Below are positions 26,001 through 41,000 of a stretch of DNA of 64,000 bases, piece after piece. The stretch's first letter is position 1; every line of letters begins with the position of its first letter. Source of the DNA: Malacoraja senta (lineage: Eukaryota); assembly GCA_038087875.1 (NCBI GenBank), contig CM075992.1, positions 498,001-562,000 of the forward strand. Reading direction: 5' to 3'. The notes below the pieces were generated by a model. It was not told the origin of the DNA and did no database searches. It was given only the letters and a program-made list of their open reading frames with translations. The translations under genes and the position numbers were made by a program.

Positions 26001-29000
26001 TCTAGTTGAATGACATGAGAATGATTAAAAACCTCACTACACTCAGACTGAGATGTATCTGCATGTTCATCTCAAGGCAGAAAAGTGGACTCTAGGTGAG
26101 CCATAGTCATGGAAACAGGCCCTTCGGCCCAACTTGCCCGCGCTGACCAACATGCCCCATCTACACTAGTCCCACCTGCCTGTGTTTGGCCCACATCCCT
26201 CTAAACCACATAAGAGATTAGGATACAAACTTAAATCACACGGTATTGGGGGTTCAGTATTGATGTGGATAGAGAACTGGCTGGCAAACAGGAAGCAAAG
26301 AGTAGGAATAAACGGGTCCTTTTCACAATGGCAGGCAGTGACTAGTGGGGTACCGCAAGGCTCAGTGCTGGGACCCCAGCTATTTACAATTTATATTAAT
26401 GATCTGGACGAGGGAATTGAAAGCAACATCTCCAAGTTTGCGGATGACACTAAGCTGGGGGGCAGTGTTAGCTGTGAGGAGGATGCTAGGAGACTGCAAG
26501 GTGACTTGGATAATGTTTGGCAGATGCAGTATAATGTGGATAAATGTGAGGTTATCCACTTTGGTGGCAAAAACGGGAAGAGACTATTATCTAAATGGTG
26601 GCCGATTAGGAAATGGGGAGATGCAGCGAGACCTGGGTGTCATGGTACACCAGTCATTGAAAGTAGGCATGCAGGTGCAGCAGGCAGTGAAGAAAGCGAA
26701 TGGTATGTTGGCCTTCATAGCAAGAGGATTTGAGTATAGGAGCAGGGAGGTTCTACTGCAGTTGTACAGGGTCTTGGTGACACCACACCTGGAGTATTGC
26801 GTACAGTTTTGGTCTCCAAATCTGAGGAAGGACATTATAGCCATAGAGGGAGTGCAAAGAAGGTTCACCAGACTGATTCCTGGGATGTCAGGACTTTCAT
26901 ATGAAGAAAGACTGGATAGACTTGGCTTATACTCGCTAGAATTTAGGAGATTGAGAGGGGATCTTATAGAAACGTACAAAATTCTTATGGGGTTGGACAG
27001 GCTAGATGCAGGAAGATTGTTCCCGATGTTGGGGAAGTCCAGGACAAGGGGTCACAGCTTAAGGATAAGGGGGAAATCCTTTAAGACCGAGATGAGGAAA
27101 AACTTTTTCACACAGAGAGTGGTGAATCTCTGGAACTCTCTGCCACAGAGGGTAGTTGAGGCCAGTTCATTGGCTATATTTAAGAGGGAGTTAGATGTGG
27201 CCCTTGTGGCTAAAGGGATCAGGGGGTATGGAGAGAAGGCAGGTACGGGATACTGAGTTGGATGATCAGCCATGATCATATTGAATGGCGGTGCAGGCTC
27301 GAAGGGCCGAATGGCCTACTCCTGCACCTATTTTCTATGTATCTATCTATGTATCTATGTAACCCATCCTATCCATTTACCTGTCTAAATGTTTCTGCTG
27401 CATGAGCCACCAAGAGTGGTGCAGAGCTTGGCTTTGCAGGTACTGTCACAATGTTTAAGAAACATTTAGACAGGTACATGGATAGGGTAGGTTTAGAGGG
27501 ATGTGGGCCAAACATGGGCAGGTGGGGCTAGTGTAGATGGGACATATTGCTCGGTGTGGGCAAGTTGGGTCGAAGGGCCTGTTTCCACACTCTGACTCTA
27601 GACCCACAGTCAGTTTAGTAGAAGTTACTGTGGGTCTGGTATGTACTTCTGGTTACTGCCAATTGCCAACTTGAGACACATTTGGGATTGGAAATTAGAT
27701 GCTTTATTCCATCCACTCTTCTGCCCCACCCAGTCCTCCCTTCAGGACTTGGATTGTGAGGCCTTCCGCTGGAGCCACCGGGTGGCGATGGTGAGCTGCC
27801 TGGAAAGAGCTCATATCTGTAACATTCCACTGCGTTGAAACTGACCACAGGCGCCAACTTACACCGATTACACCCCTTTGATTTACTCTCCCCAGATTCT
27901 ACTGCACACTCGTATCACACCCAGGGTAATTTACAGTGGCCAGTTAAGCTGCCAACCCACGTGGCTTAGGAATTTAGTCTAGTTTAGAGCACAGTATGGA
28001 AACAGGCCCTTTGGCCCATTGAGCACGTGCCGACCAGCAATCACGCATTCTCACTAGTTCCATCCTACACAACAGAGACAATTTACAGATGCCAGTTAAC
28101 CTACAAAACTGTGAGTCTTTGGAATTTGGGAGGAGACCGGATATAATAAAAAATCATATAATAATAAAATTTAAATTAAATTATTATAATATAAATATAT
28201 TATACATGGGCAGTTACTTGAATTAAAATTCCTCGACAGTTGTGTTGGAATTTGAGCATGAGTGTGGACCAGATGTCCAGGCCCTGTGTTTCTCATCCAG
28301 TAACTTCACCACTCCCCACCTCATACAAAGCTGGTACCTTGCAAGGTTTTCTTCAGATGACATTAACTGCCCTCTTATCCGTAAGACCTGTTTCAAGGGT
28401 GAGCTTTCTACGTTAGCCAAGCTACGAGCTGTATGTCTGGAAGCAGACCGGCTCAGAATATCAAACAGTTTCAGATTAATTTATTGTCATGTGTACCGAG
28501 GTACAGTGAAAAGCTTTTGTTGCCTGCTAACGAGTCAGCGGAAAGACAACACATGATTCTGGTCCATTTGGACATCTGCTTCAAACGGTAATAGCACATA
28601 CTGTGCTCCGAGACTCCAGCGGCAATGAATGAACTGCACCAGCGAGCCCTCCCACCAGTTACCCCAGAATATGCGCCGCTTGCTCTACAGGACAAATACA
28701 TTATAAGTATATGTTTACACCGATGGCCCAGACAGATCATTAGCCATGAAGTATTTGAATGCTCTAACTTCTGCTGTGTTTTGTCAGATCGGGCTGATTG
28801 TTTGCGGCGCCTCCGCCAATATTTACATAGAATTTACATATCATTTACATATCTTTCTATCCATTTCCCCCTTGTATTTTCCTTGACCCCCATCCCCTTT
28901 GATGCCTCGTTTTCACACCTTACCCTTCCTTATCTCTGCGTCTCCCTCTCCCCGACTCTGAGTCTGAAGAAGGGTCTCGACCCGAAACGCCACCCATTCC

Positions 29001-32000
29001 TTATCTCCAGAGATGCTGCCTGTCCCGCTGAGTTACTCCAGATTTTTGTGTCTCTCCTCGTTTGTAATCTAGCTCCACTTTAAGTGTATCTGTTGCCACA
29101 GTTTCTCTGTGCTGTAAGGGTTTTTTATCACTCCCTTGGTAAAGAATTTTCTCCTGAATTCCCACTTTGGTTAATTAATGACTCTGTCTTTGGGCTGAAC
29201 AATAGGTGCAGGAGCACCGCCATTCAATGTGATCATGGCTGATCATCCACCATCAGTACCCAGACAAGTGCAACCATCATGTCTCTGACCTTCCTATCAC
29301 ATCATCATGGCCCCAGTCTAATCATCAGCCTTAATGGCCTCAACCTCAACAATCCCTCTTTGCAAATGATTCCATGTGTCACAGAATTCCTCATGAAGAA
29401 TATTTCTCTTCTTGATGACTTTAACCTGGTCCTTGTTACAAATGTGAAGCAAATGTTACGTTAGGTTCATTCTGCAATCACTTGGTCAACGACTGTCAAA
29501 GGCACTCGGGGGTACAGGGAAGCACGTAAATAGGAGGCCTGGACTTGCAATTGAGACGTCTGGGTTCACATTGCCAATTTTAACTCCATCAATACTCTGT
29601 AATTTGGAGATTCGTTTAGTTTAGTTTAGAGATACAGCGCGGAAACAGGCCCTTCAGCCCACCGCGTCCGTACCGACCAGCAATCCCCGCACACTAACAC
29701 TATTCTACACACGCTAGGGACAATTTACATTTATCCCAAGCCAATTAGCCTACAAACTTGTATGTTTTTGGAGTGTGGGAGGAAACTGAAAATCTGTGAG
29801 AAAACCCATGCAGGTCACGGGGAGAATGTACAAACTCCGTACAGACAGCACCCATAGACGGGATCGTACCCGGATCTCTAGCGCTGCAAGGCAGCAACTC
29901 TACCGCTGTGCCACCTTGTGCCCTTTTGTGGCATGAATGCCCCTGTTTCACAAAGTGGGTCATCTGTGCCGCCCTAACAATAGAAAGCAACTCATCTTAA
30001 TAATGATGTCCTCGTTTAGTCCTGGCTTTATGTGCGTATAAACGTGTGAAGAGCAGCCTTCCTTATTCTGTATTTTAATCTCCGCAGAGAGCTACCGCCG
30101 TACCAGCGAAAAAGGCCGAGTACTTTGATTCGACAGAACCTGTCCAGAACAGGGTGTACAAGTCGCTGAAAGTCTGGTCCATGTTAGCAGATCTGGAGGA
30201 GAGTCTTGGAACTTTCAAGGTGAATAAAGAATAAGTTTGTACTTGGGTGTGGTCTGCTTTTCACACTCATCTGTACTTGAGATGCACAGATTAGTTTTGA
30301 TTGTGCTGTGTACTTTAGTTTTGAACTGCCTCTGATGTTTTTAGTTTTTTTAATGCATAGTATTTGTATTTTTAAATATTATTTTTATTTAGTCTACGAA
30401 GGCCGTGTACGACAGGATTATAGATCTTCGAATTGCCACGCCCCAGATCATCATCAACTACGCAATGTTCCTGACGGAGCACAACTACTTTGAAGAAAGT
30501 TTCAAGGTGAGCTACTGGTTGTTGTTAATCCCACTGGCACTCTTGTACCAAGAGGCACCCAGCGTTTGGTGATGGGTTGAGTTTAGTTTATTGCCACATG
30601 TGTCGAGGTACAGTTGCTATCCTGGCAGCGGAAAGACTATACATGATTAGAATCGAGCCGTCCGCACTGTACAGATACATGATAAAGGGAATAACGTGAT
30701 CTGTGAACGGAGAATAATTCTGTGCATCATTGCATCTTTGAGTATTCAAGCGCTGTCGGTTTTCCAAAGAAAAGGCTGTACATGAATACAATTGAGCCCT
30801 CCGCAGGTCAGAGATAAAGGGTACAACATTGAGTGCAAATATATAACATTGAAGTCCAATAAAGTCTGATTAAAGATAGTTCTAAGGTATCTAATGAAGT
30901 AGACAGGACTGCTCTGCAGCTGATGAGAGGACTGTTTAGTTGTCAGATAACATTGGATTTAGTGGGGGCCAAGGAAAGAGGGTTCACGTCGCGGCCCTGT
31001 TTCCACCAATCTTTCCACCACCACGCACAAGAAGCACAAGACAGACACCATTGTGCTGATGCCGAGAAATGTGTTCAGCTCTGGCTGAACAACTAATCTT
31101 GTGTGTGGACTCGATAAGAAGAAGATTGGATTTAGTACTTCCTATTAAAACACTAATTTTACCTGGTGATTTGTAGTTTACCCCTAAATCCTGTAGCTCT
31201 GATAGTCACCTTTGCCAGGCTGGAGGTGGACGCAGTACCTCCAAATAAATCTGCCCAGTTTCCTATCCACTGTGGGGCGTAGGGAGCAGTAAACATCACT
31301 CATTGCCGATGTACGTCAACTTTCTACAGTGGGACAGGTGGGACTTGTAAGACACTGAATATCCAAATTGCATTTTAAATGTCAATGGATGTAAATTCAG
31401 AAAGGAACAAAAAACATATTTATCTCTTTGTGTCTCTAATACTAAATGTCGCCCCTTTCCCTTGTGAACATTTTTCGTACAATATCTTAGCAACCATATT
31501 TAAATGAAAGCAATAATAGTTTAATGATAGCTAATTCTAGGTTCACGCTAGACAGATTCTTTGCGATTATATTCCCTTGGTGTGTAGTATTTCTGAAAGG
31601 TGGCGGAAAAGGGAGAATTGTACATTGAAATTGCCTGTCCCATGACATATGATGAAAGAATGGGTCGACTGGGCTTATATTCATTGGAATATTGAAGGAT
31701 GAGTGGGGATCTCATAGAAACATATCAAATTCTTAAAGGATTGGACAGGCTAGATGCAGGAAAAAAAATTCCCGATGTTGGGGGAGTCCAGAACCAGGGG
31801 TCACAGTTTAAGAATAAGGGGTAGGCCATTTAGGACTGAGATGAGGAAAAACATTTTCACGTAGAGAGTTGTGAATCTGTGGAATTCTCTGCCACAGAAG
31901 GCAGTGGTGGCCAATTCACTGGATATTTTCAAGAGGGAGTTAGATTTAGCTCTTAGGGCTAAAGGAATCAAGGGATATGAGGATAAAGCAGGAATGGGGT

Positions 32001-35000
32001 ACAGATTTTAGATGATCAGCCATGATCATATCGAATGACAGTGCTGGCTCGAAGGGGCGAATGGCCTACTCCTGCACCTATTTTTCTGTTGAATGTCACA
32101 CCATACAATTGTGTTGCCAATGTTAACAGAGCTAAACATAGAAACATAGGTGCAGGAGTAGGCCATTCGGCCCTTCGAGCCAGCACCGCCATTCAAACCG
32201 AAGATAGAAAGGTCTCGACACGAAACATCACCCATTCCTTCTCTCCAGAGATGCTGCCTGTCCCGCTGAGTTACTCCAGCTTTTTCTGTCTATCTTGGGT
32301 AATTAATATCCTGATGCTCAGTATAGAAACGTGAGTGAAGTGTACATGTTTGGGAACACCACCCTGTCCTGCAATGTGCTTTATGTAACCTGGTGTAGCT
32401 GGGTAACCTAATGAGAGGAAGAACACAGTTGGTGCTGCAGAAACGAGAATACAATGCAGCCCGTTTTACAAGGCAAATCATCTCGGTGGTTTTGGGCCAA
32501 CTAGCTCAACATGCAAACTTTGAGCAGTATCTAAATCTCCCGATTCCCTGAGGTCAGATTACAGTACAGAGGTCACACCCTGCCATTCGATAGCTAGATT
32601 ATATTCTTTAAATGAATGGCTTCTTTCATGGGAAGTTAATTTATGCTTTTGGCTTGTGTTGATGCTGGCACCAGCCACCTTTCCACTCAATTCTCCACAC
32701 TGTTGGTAACATAGACACACGGTATGCAGTTTAATAATAATAATAATAATAATACATTTTATTTATGGGCGCCTTTCACAAAGTCTCAAGGACACCTTAC
32801 AAAGTTTAACAAATAGTGTAGAAACATGTAAGCGGAATGAAATAAATAGCAAAGACATCACCAGTACACAAATTAAAGATAGGATTAAATCCAAAAACAA
32901 AAATCAAAAACACAATATGGAATGCTTAAGGAATGCTTCCAAGGAGAACATTCAAAGCTATTTAGAGAATGGGAGAGTCCAGTGTGTACAATTACATTTA
33001 ACTAGGTCAGTGAAGGGGGATATCAGCAAACAATACTGGGACTCTTGAGCCAAGTCAAGAGTGTTTTATTGTCATATGTGCCAGTTAGGACAATGACATT
33101 CTTGCTTGCTTGGCTGCAGGGAAGAAGCTATTCCTGAACCTGGACTTTACAGTTTTCAGGCTCCTGTACCTTCTTCCTGATGGCAAAGGTGAAATGAGTG
33201 TGTGGCCAGGGTGGTGTGGGTCTTTGGGGGGGGGTTTGAAGAAAGATGATCAGTCTGAAGAAAGGTCTCGACCTGAAACGTCACCCATTCCTTCTCTCCA
33301 TAGATGCTGCCTCACCTGCTGGGTTACTCCAGCATTTTGTGTCTACCTTCGATTTTATCCAGCATCTGCAGTTCTTTCTCACACCAAATAAGTAATACTT
33401 GATAAATCCAAAGAGGCCCAATGTAAACTGGAAGAACAACACCTTAGCTTCCATCTTGGCACTTTAATGAACACTGAATTCTCCGGTTTGAGGGAAACTG
33501 CTCTCTTGTTGATGCCCATTACCATGCGGTGTCCCTTTCTCACTCCGTTTTATTAAACTAGCTCTCTGTTGGTCAGCAGCTTCCTCCCCACCTTGTCCAG
33601 GCTCATCACCACATGACCTTTTGACTTGCACCTCACTCCTCCCCCACCTCTGCTTTGAAAATTGCATACTCTCTAATCAATTCCTCCCTCCCCTTTCCCA
33701 TTGAAAGAGTCATACAGCATGGTAACAGGCCCAACTTGCCCCATCTACTACACCAGCTGCACATGCCTGTGTTTGGCCCATATCCATCTGAACCTTTCCT
33801 ATCCATCTAACTGTCCAAATGTCTTTTCGATGTTGTTTTAATACCTGCCTTTTCCACCTCCTCTGGCAGCTCGATCCACACACCCACCGCCCTTTGTGTA
33901 GAGAAATTGCCCTTTGGGTTCCTATTAAATCTTTCCCCTCTCACCTTAAACCTATGTGGCCTGGTTGTTGATTCCCCTACTCAGGCTAAAGGCACAGTCT
34001 TTTACCCAATCTATTCCCCTAATGATCTAAAACATCTCTCTAGCCTGCTCAACCTCCCCCCACAGCTCAGGCCCTCGGGTCCTGGAAACATCCTCGTAAA
34101 TCGTCTCTGCATTCCTTTGCAGGTTAACAACATCTTTTGTATAAAAGTCTTATATGTTCTCCAGCGATGCTGCTTGACCCACTGAGGTACTCCAGCACTT
34201 TGATTTTTTTTTAAATGTAAACCCGCGTCTGCAGTTCCTTGTGTCTCCAGTCGCACACTGTTCCTCAACTAAGCCAGCAGGTTGAAGGCTTTTGTCTTAT
34301 CTACTTGTGCTCTCTTATTGCAGGCCTACGAGCGAGGGGTTGCCCTGTTTAGGTGGCCCAATGTTTATGATATTTGGAACACTTACCTGACCAAATTCAT
34401 CGATCGGTACGGTGGGAAGAAACTGGAAAGGGCACGGGACCTGTTTGAACAAGCTCTGGATGGATGCCCACCAAAGTTTGCTAAAAGTGAGTGCTTGCAA
34501 TCCTGTTGTTTTAACTCCATTCAAGGTGAAAGTTCATTGCCCATTGAAGCTCTGTCAAGTGAAATAACTCCCATTTGCAATGAATGATGCAAGTCTCCAC
34601 AGAAATGTGTGAAGACATTACACAGAACATAGGGTGGCCACGGTGGTGCAGTGGGAGAGTTGCTGTCTTGCAGCCTCACAGACCTGGGTTCGATCCCGAC
34701 TATGGGTGCTGTCTGTCGTGAGTTTGTACGTTCTCCCCATGACCTATGTGGGTTTTCTCCGAGATCTCCGGTCCACGGAGCGCCTGGAGAAAACCCACGC
34801 ATGTCACGGGGAGAACGTACAAACTCCGTACAGACAGCACTCGTAGTCAGGATCGAACCCGGGTCTCTGGCGCTGTATGGCAGCAACTCTGCCACTGCAC
34901 CACCTTGCCGCCACAATAGCTTGTGTCTTTTTATATTAAATTTATTCATCTGTACTTCCCAACGTGGAATTATAGCTAGTTTTCTCAATAATTACAAACA

Positions 35001-38000
35001 TAAGTCCATTTGGTTGTGGCATGCTGCTACTTATGTGGCTTGTGTCCCTGACAGCGTGAAACATTTCTGTCTGTTTTGCACTCTCTCAGCTGCTGTGCCC
35101 CAGACCATCCCATTTGTCATCTGACAGATCGAGACCAGATCTCCATTCATTGCAACAGCGATTTGCATTTATATGATGTCTTTTTAATGTAGAAACTATC
35201 TTGACATTTTACCAACCAAATTTAAAAGCTATTACAAATCTCTGCATCGTTCGGGAAGAAGGGTTTCTGATTGTAAATGCATGATTTTGTAGTTAAATCT
35301 GCCCAGTGATCAGATGCACCTGTAATTACCCTTGGCTTAAATTGGTGCCAGTGCAAGGACTGCATGTTATCCTTACTTAAGGGATGTGCAATTGTGTCCA
35401 ATCTGCCTATTGAGGTTTGCTAATGTATTCAGTAATCAGTGAGAAATGTGCACCTTGGCCTCTTATCCAATCCTCCCTTTGCTTTCAAACTGGTGGCATC
35501 AATAATGGAATTATTGATGGGAGGTGGAGAACAGAAATGCATTTTCTGAGCCTTTCAAAACAAAAACAAATAATCCAGTAGGATGGAAGTGCAGATGCTG
35601 GCTTAAGTCGAAGATCGACAAGGCTTAAATCAAAGATCTTCAAAATAATCTAGTGTACTTGAAACATTTCAAACATTTTACATTGACGATAAACATGCTT
35701 CTGTTCAAATAAAAATTGCAGCGCCAGAGACCCAGGTTCCATCCTGACCACGGGTGCTGTCTCTACGGAGTTTGAACGTTCTCCCTGTGACCGTGTGGGT
35801 TTTCTCTGTGTGCTCCGGTTTCCTCCCATATTCCAAAGGCGTACAGGTTTATAGATTAATTGGCTTGGGTTAAAATTGTCCCTAGTGTGTAGGATAATGC
35901 TAGTGTACGGGGATCGCTGGTTGGCGTGGACTCCGTGTGCTGTAGGGCCTGTTTCCACACGGTATGTAAAGTTTAAAGTCTAACTCAGTGGTTCTTAACC
36001 TGGGAGTCGTGACCCCCTATGGGGGTCGTTAAGGGATTTGCTGGGGGTCATGAAGGGGACACAAATAACATATCCATTTGTTGAGCCCATGTTTAGGAAC
36101 CTAACAAAGGCACATACCACATACAGTATTTTGCTCACGTATGCACGTACTGGGGCCAAAAAGGTTATGAACCACTGGTCTAACTCTTCAGTGGATGAAG
36201 ACAGAACCACTGAAATATGTCTCAGAAGCGGTATCACTTCTGTGTGACATCCTAACTCCATACTATTTGTACCTTCCTCCTTAAATGCTGTACCTGTCTG
36301 GCTTTTTTAAATTATTGGTGACTTTACAGCATTTACAGTGCCTTCCATAATGTTTGGGACAAAGACCCATCACTTATTTATATGCCTCTGTACTCCACAA
36401 TTTGAGATTTGTAATAGAAAAAATCACATGTGGCTAAAGTGCACATTGTCAGATTTTATTAAAGGGTATTTTTTTAATACATTTTGGATTCACCATGTAG
36501 AAATTACAGCAGTGTTTATACATAGTTCCCCCATTTCAGGGCACCATAATGTTTGGGACACAGCAATGTCATGTAATTGAAAGTAGTCATGTTTAGTATT
36601 TTGTTGCATATCCTTTGCATGCAATGACTGCTTGAAGTCTGCGACTCATGGACATCACCAGTTGTTGGGTGTCTTCTCTGTGATGCTCTGCCAGGCCTGT
36701 ATTGCAGCCATCTTTAGCTTATGCTTGTTTTTGGGGCTAGTCCCCGTCAGCTTTCTCTTCAGCATATAAAAGGTATGCTCAGTTGGGTTCAGATCGGGTG
36801 ATTGACTTGGCCACTCAAGAATTGACCATTTTTTAGCTTTGAAAAACTCCTTTGTTGCTTTAGCAGTATGTTTGGGATCATTGTCTTGCTGTAGAATGAA
36901 CCGCCGGCCAATGAGTTTTGAGGCATTAGTTTGAACTTGAGCAGATAGGATGTGTCTATATATTACAGAATTCATTATGCTACTATCATCAGCAGTTGTA
37001 TCATTAATGAAGATAAATGAGCCAGTACCTTCAGCAGCCATACTTGCCCAGGCCAAACCACCCCCACCACTGTGTTTCACAGATGTGGTGGTATGCTTTG
37101 GATCTTGGGCAGTTCCTTCTGTCCTCCATACTTTGCTCTTGCCATCGCTCTGATATAAGTTAATCTTCATCTGTCCACAAGACTTTTTTCCAGAACTGGG
37201 TGATGGGTCTTTGTCCCAAATATTACATTATGGAGGGCACTGTATTTTGCTAGATCTATTGTGTTAGCTTGCTTGTCTAGGAAGGAACTGCAAATGCTGG
37301 TTTACACCGAAGATAGACACAAAATGCTGGAGTAACTCAGCGGGACAGGCAGCATCTCTTGAGAGGAGGAATGGGTGACATTTCGGGAAGGGTATCGGCC
37401 CGAAATGTCACCCATTCCTTCTCTCCACAGATGCTGCCCATCTCGTTGAGTTACTCCAGCATTCTGTCTCTCTTTGGTGTTAGCTTGCTTGTTTGGTCAG
37501 GAGAGGTGAAATAGCACCAAATGTAAATGATACCACTATTAATCGGTCGCCGTTATTTGGTGGCATCTTCTCCTTGCAGCTCTGTACCTGCTCTACGCCA
37601 AGCTGGAGGAGGACTACGGACTGGCCCGGCACGCCATGGCTGTGTACGAGCGAGCCACCAAGGCAGTGGCGTCGCTGGAACAGTACGAGATGTACAACAT
37701 CTATATTAAACGGGCAGCTGAGATTTACGGAGTCACCCACACCCGGGGCATTTACGAGAAATCAATTGAGGTACGGCATGCGTCCGAGCACGTTTCACCT
37801 GAGGAAGGATGTGCTGGCTCTGGGGAGGGTCCAGAGGAGGTTTACAATAATGATCCCAGGAATGAGTGGGTTAGCATATGATGAGTGTTTGTCTGCACTG
37901 GGCCTGTACTCGCTAGAGTTTAGAAGAATGAATAGGGACCTCATTGAAACTTACAGAATAGTGCAAGGCTTGGATAGAGTGGATGTTGAGAGGATGTTTC

Positions 38001-41000
38001 CACTAGTGGGAAAGTAGGACCAGAGGTCACAGCCTCAGAATTAAAGGGTGTTCTTTTAGGAAGGAGATGAGGGGGAATTTCTTTATTCAGAGGGTGGTAA
38101 ATCTGTGGAATTCATTGCCACAGAAGACTGTGGAGGCCAAGTCAGTGGACATATTTAAGGCAGAGATAGACAGATTCTTGATTAGTACAAGTGTCAGTGG
38201 TTATGGGGAGAAGGCAGGAGAATGGGGTTAGAAGGGATAGATCAGCCATGATTGAATGGCGGAGTAGACTTGATGGGCCTAATGGCCTAATTCTACTCCT
38301 ATTCCTTATGACCTTTATTCAGAGTGTTTGCTGTCCCCTCGTGCTCCCACGACAGTCAGTGCAGACAGATGGACCTCTGGCCTGTGCTTGGTCCTGCTAC
38401 TGAGACCTTGGGTTAAACTGCACACTCATTGAGAAGCTGTGGTATGGTTCCCCATTGGGAGAGGTGTGACAAAGAGTTTGAACTTGCCATTGTCAGGAGT
38501 ATTTGTGAATGTTTATTTTGTTGCAGGTGCTGCCAGACGAACATGCGCGAGACATGTGCCTTCGTTTTGCCGACATGGAGTGTAAGCTGGGAGAGATCGA
38601 CCGGGCTAGATCCATCTACTCCTACTGTTCCCAGCTGTGTGATCCAAGGGTAGGTCCCCCGAGACTGCACCCGCTCTTCCCCGGCTCATTAACAACTTTG
38701 TGTCTCACCCACACTATTTATTTATTTGATCTTGGTCAATTGATAACTTTGCCCCCATCCACACCATCCCCTGACCTAATTGTCTCACCCACTCGTGGAT
38801 AGGACAGGTTAGGAGGAATATGGGCCAAAGGCAGGTAGGTGGGATTAGTGTAGATGGAGCATGTTGGCTGGTGGTGGGCAAGTTGGGCCGAAGGGCCTGT
38901 TTCCATGCTGTATCACTCTACGACCCACATTATATTATTTGATCTAGGTCAATTGATAACTTTGCCCCCATCCACACCATCCCCTGACCTCATTGATAAC
39001 GTTGTATATCCACATTATTTTATCAGATAATCAAGGGACACAGGGTTAGTGCGGTAAAAGACAGCTCTGATAAAAGATTGACGGCGATCTTATTGAAGGG
39101 CAAAGCTGACCCAAGGGGCTGTTCACGACAGACTTGATTCAGACCCCACCCACTCCTTCAGTCAGTCTGAAGAAGAGTCCCGACCCAAAACGCCACCTGT
39201 CCATGTTCTCCAGAGATGCTGTGTGACTCTCTAAACACAGCAGTCAGTGTGTGTGTAAAGTATGTATAATGCAGTAATGACCAGATGCTGCCTTTCAATT
39301 TTGTTTGGAGAATATCGTCCTTCAACTTAGCTCGTTGCCTTGACATCCGTTTGCTACCTGAGAGAGCCTCCAGCCTCCGTTCAGTGTCCCATCCAAAGGT
39401 TGTGACTGGCAATGTAGACCTAGACTCTGGAACAAAACGTTTATGCCCAACCTTGTAAATCATTCCCCTGCCGCCATCCTTTGTGGATCACTGTTATTAC
39501 ATCTGTACGGAGTTTGTACCTTCTCCCCGTGACCTGCGTGGTTTTCTCCAAGATCTTCGGGTTTCNNNNNNNNNNNNNNNNNNNNNNNNNNNNNNNNNNN
39601 NNNNNNNNNNNNNNNNNNNNNNNNNNNNNNNNNNNNNNNNNNNNNNNNNNNNNNNNNNNNNNNNNNNNNNNNNNNNNNNNNNNNNNNNNNNNNNNNNNNN
39701 NNNNNNNNNNNNNNNNNNNNNNNNNNNNNNNNNNNNNNNNNNNNNNNNNNNNNNNNNNNNNNNNNCAACAATTTGTGTCTACCTAGTGTGTAGGGTGTGG
39801 ATGAGAAAGTGGGATCATATACACGATTAGTACTTGATTCTTGAATAGTATGGATGTCAGGGATTATGGGGAGAAGGCAGGGGAATGGGGTTAGGAGTGA
39901 GAGATGGATCTGCCATTATTGAATGGTGGAGTAGACTTGATGGGCCGAATGGCCTAATTCTGCTCCTCGGGGGGGAAAAACCAGGGGTCACAGTTTAAGA
40001 ATAAGGGGTAGGCCATTTAGGACGGAGATGTGGAAAAACCTTTTCACCCAGAGAGTTGTGAATCTGGAATTCTCTGCCACAGAAGGTAGTGGAGGGCCAA
40101 TTCACTGGATGTTTTCAGGAGAGAGTTAGATTTAGCTCTTAGGGCTAACGGAATCAAGGGATATGGGGAGAAAGCCGGAACGGGGTACTGATTTTAGATG
40201 ATCAGCCATGATCATATTGAATGGTGGTGCTGGCTCAAAGGGCTGAATGGCCTACTCTTGCACCTATTTTTCTATGTTTCTATCACTTATGGCGCAGGCA
40301 GGTGGGACTAGTGTAGGGGAATTGAGGACCAGAGGACAGAGGTTTAAGGTGTGGGGGGAAAGATTTAATAAGAATCTGAGGGGTAACTTTTTCACACAAA
40401 GGGTGGTGGGTGTATGGAACAAGCTGCCAGAGGAGGTGGTTAAGGCAGGTCTATCCCAACAGTTAGGCAGTTACATGGATAGGACAGGTTTGAAGGGATA
40501 TGGCGCAGGCAGGTGGGACTAGTGTAGATGAGACATGTTGGCCGGTGTGGGCAAGTTGGGCCGAAGGGCCTGTTTCCACACTGTATCACTCTATGACTCT
40601 TATCAGTAATGCTACACTTGAAGGAAATGTAATAAACCCAGAATTATCTGATGGTCTGGAGTGACAATCCAACAAAGCTGATTATTTATCTTTCATTGAC
40701 TGCAGTGTCTGACCTGGCCCCAGGACAGAGTGGAATGGATGACATGAAGTTACTGGAGCAGAAAGCACAGCAGATCGCTGAGGAGGTTGAAAGGGAAAGA
40801 CCCAAACCCAAAGGCAAAATTCTGTTTGTCAGGTATGTTGTTGAGTCGGGCAGAATGCACATTGGCGTTGATGTTGCTTCACCTGTGGGCCATGCTGGGG
40901 CTGGATGGATCATGTGGGACAGACAGGTCATGGGGGCCGGACGGACAGTGCGTTCAGTTGGGTTGCAGAGTGGCTGAAGTATCTAAAACTGATGGGGTCC

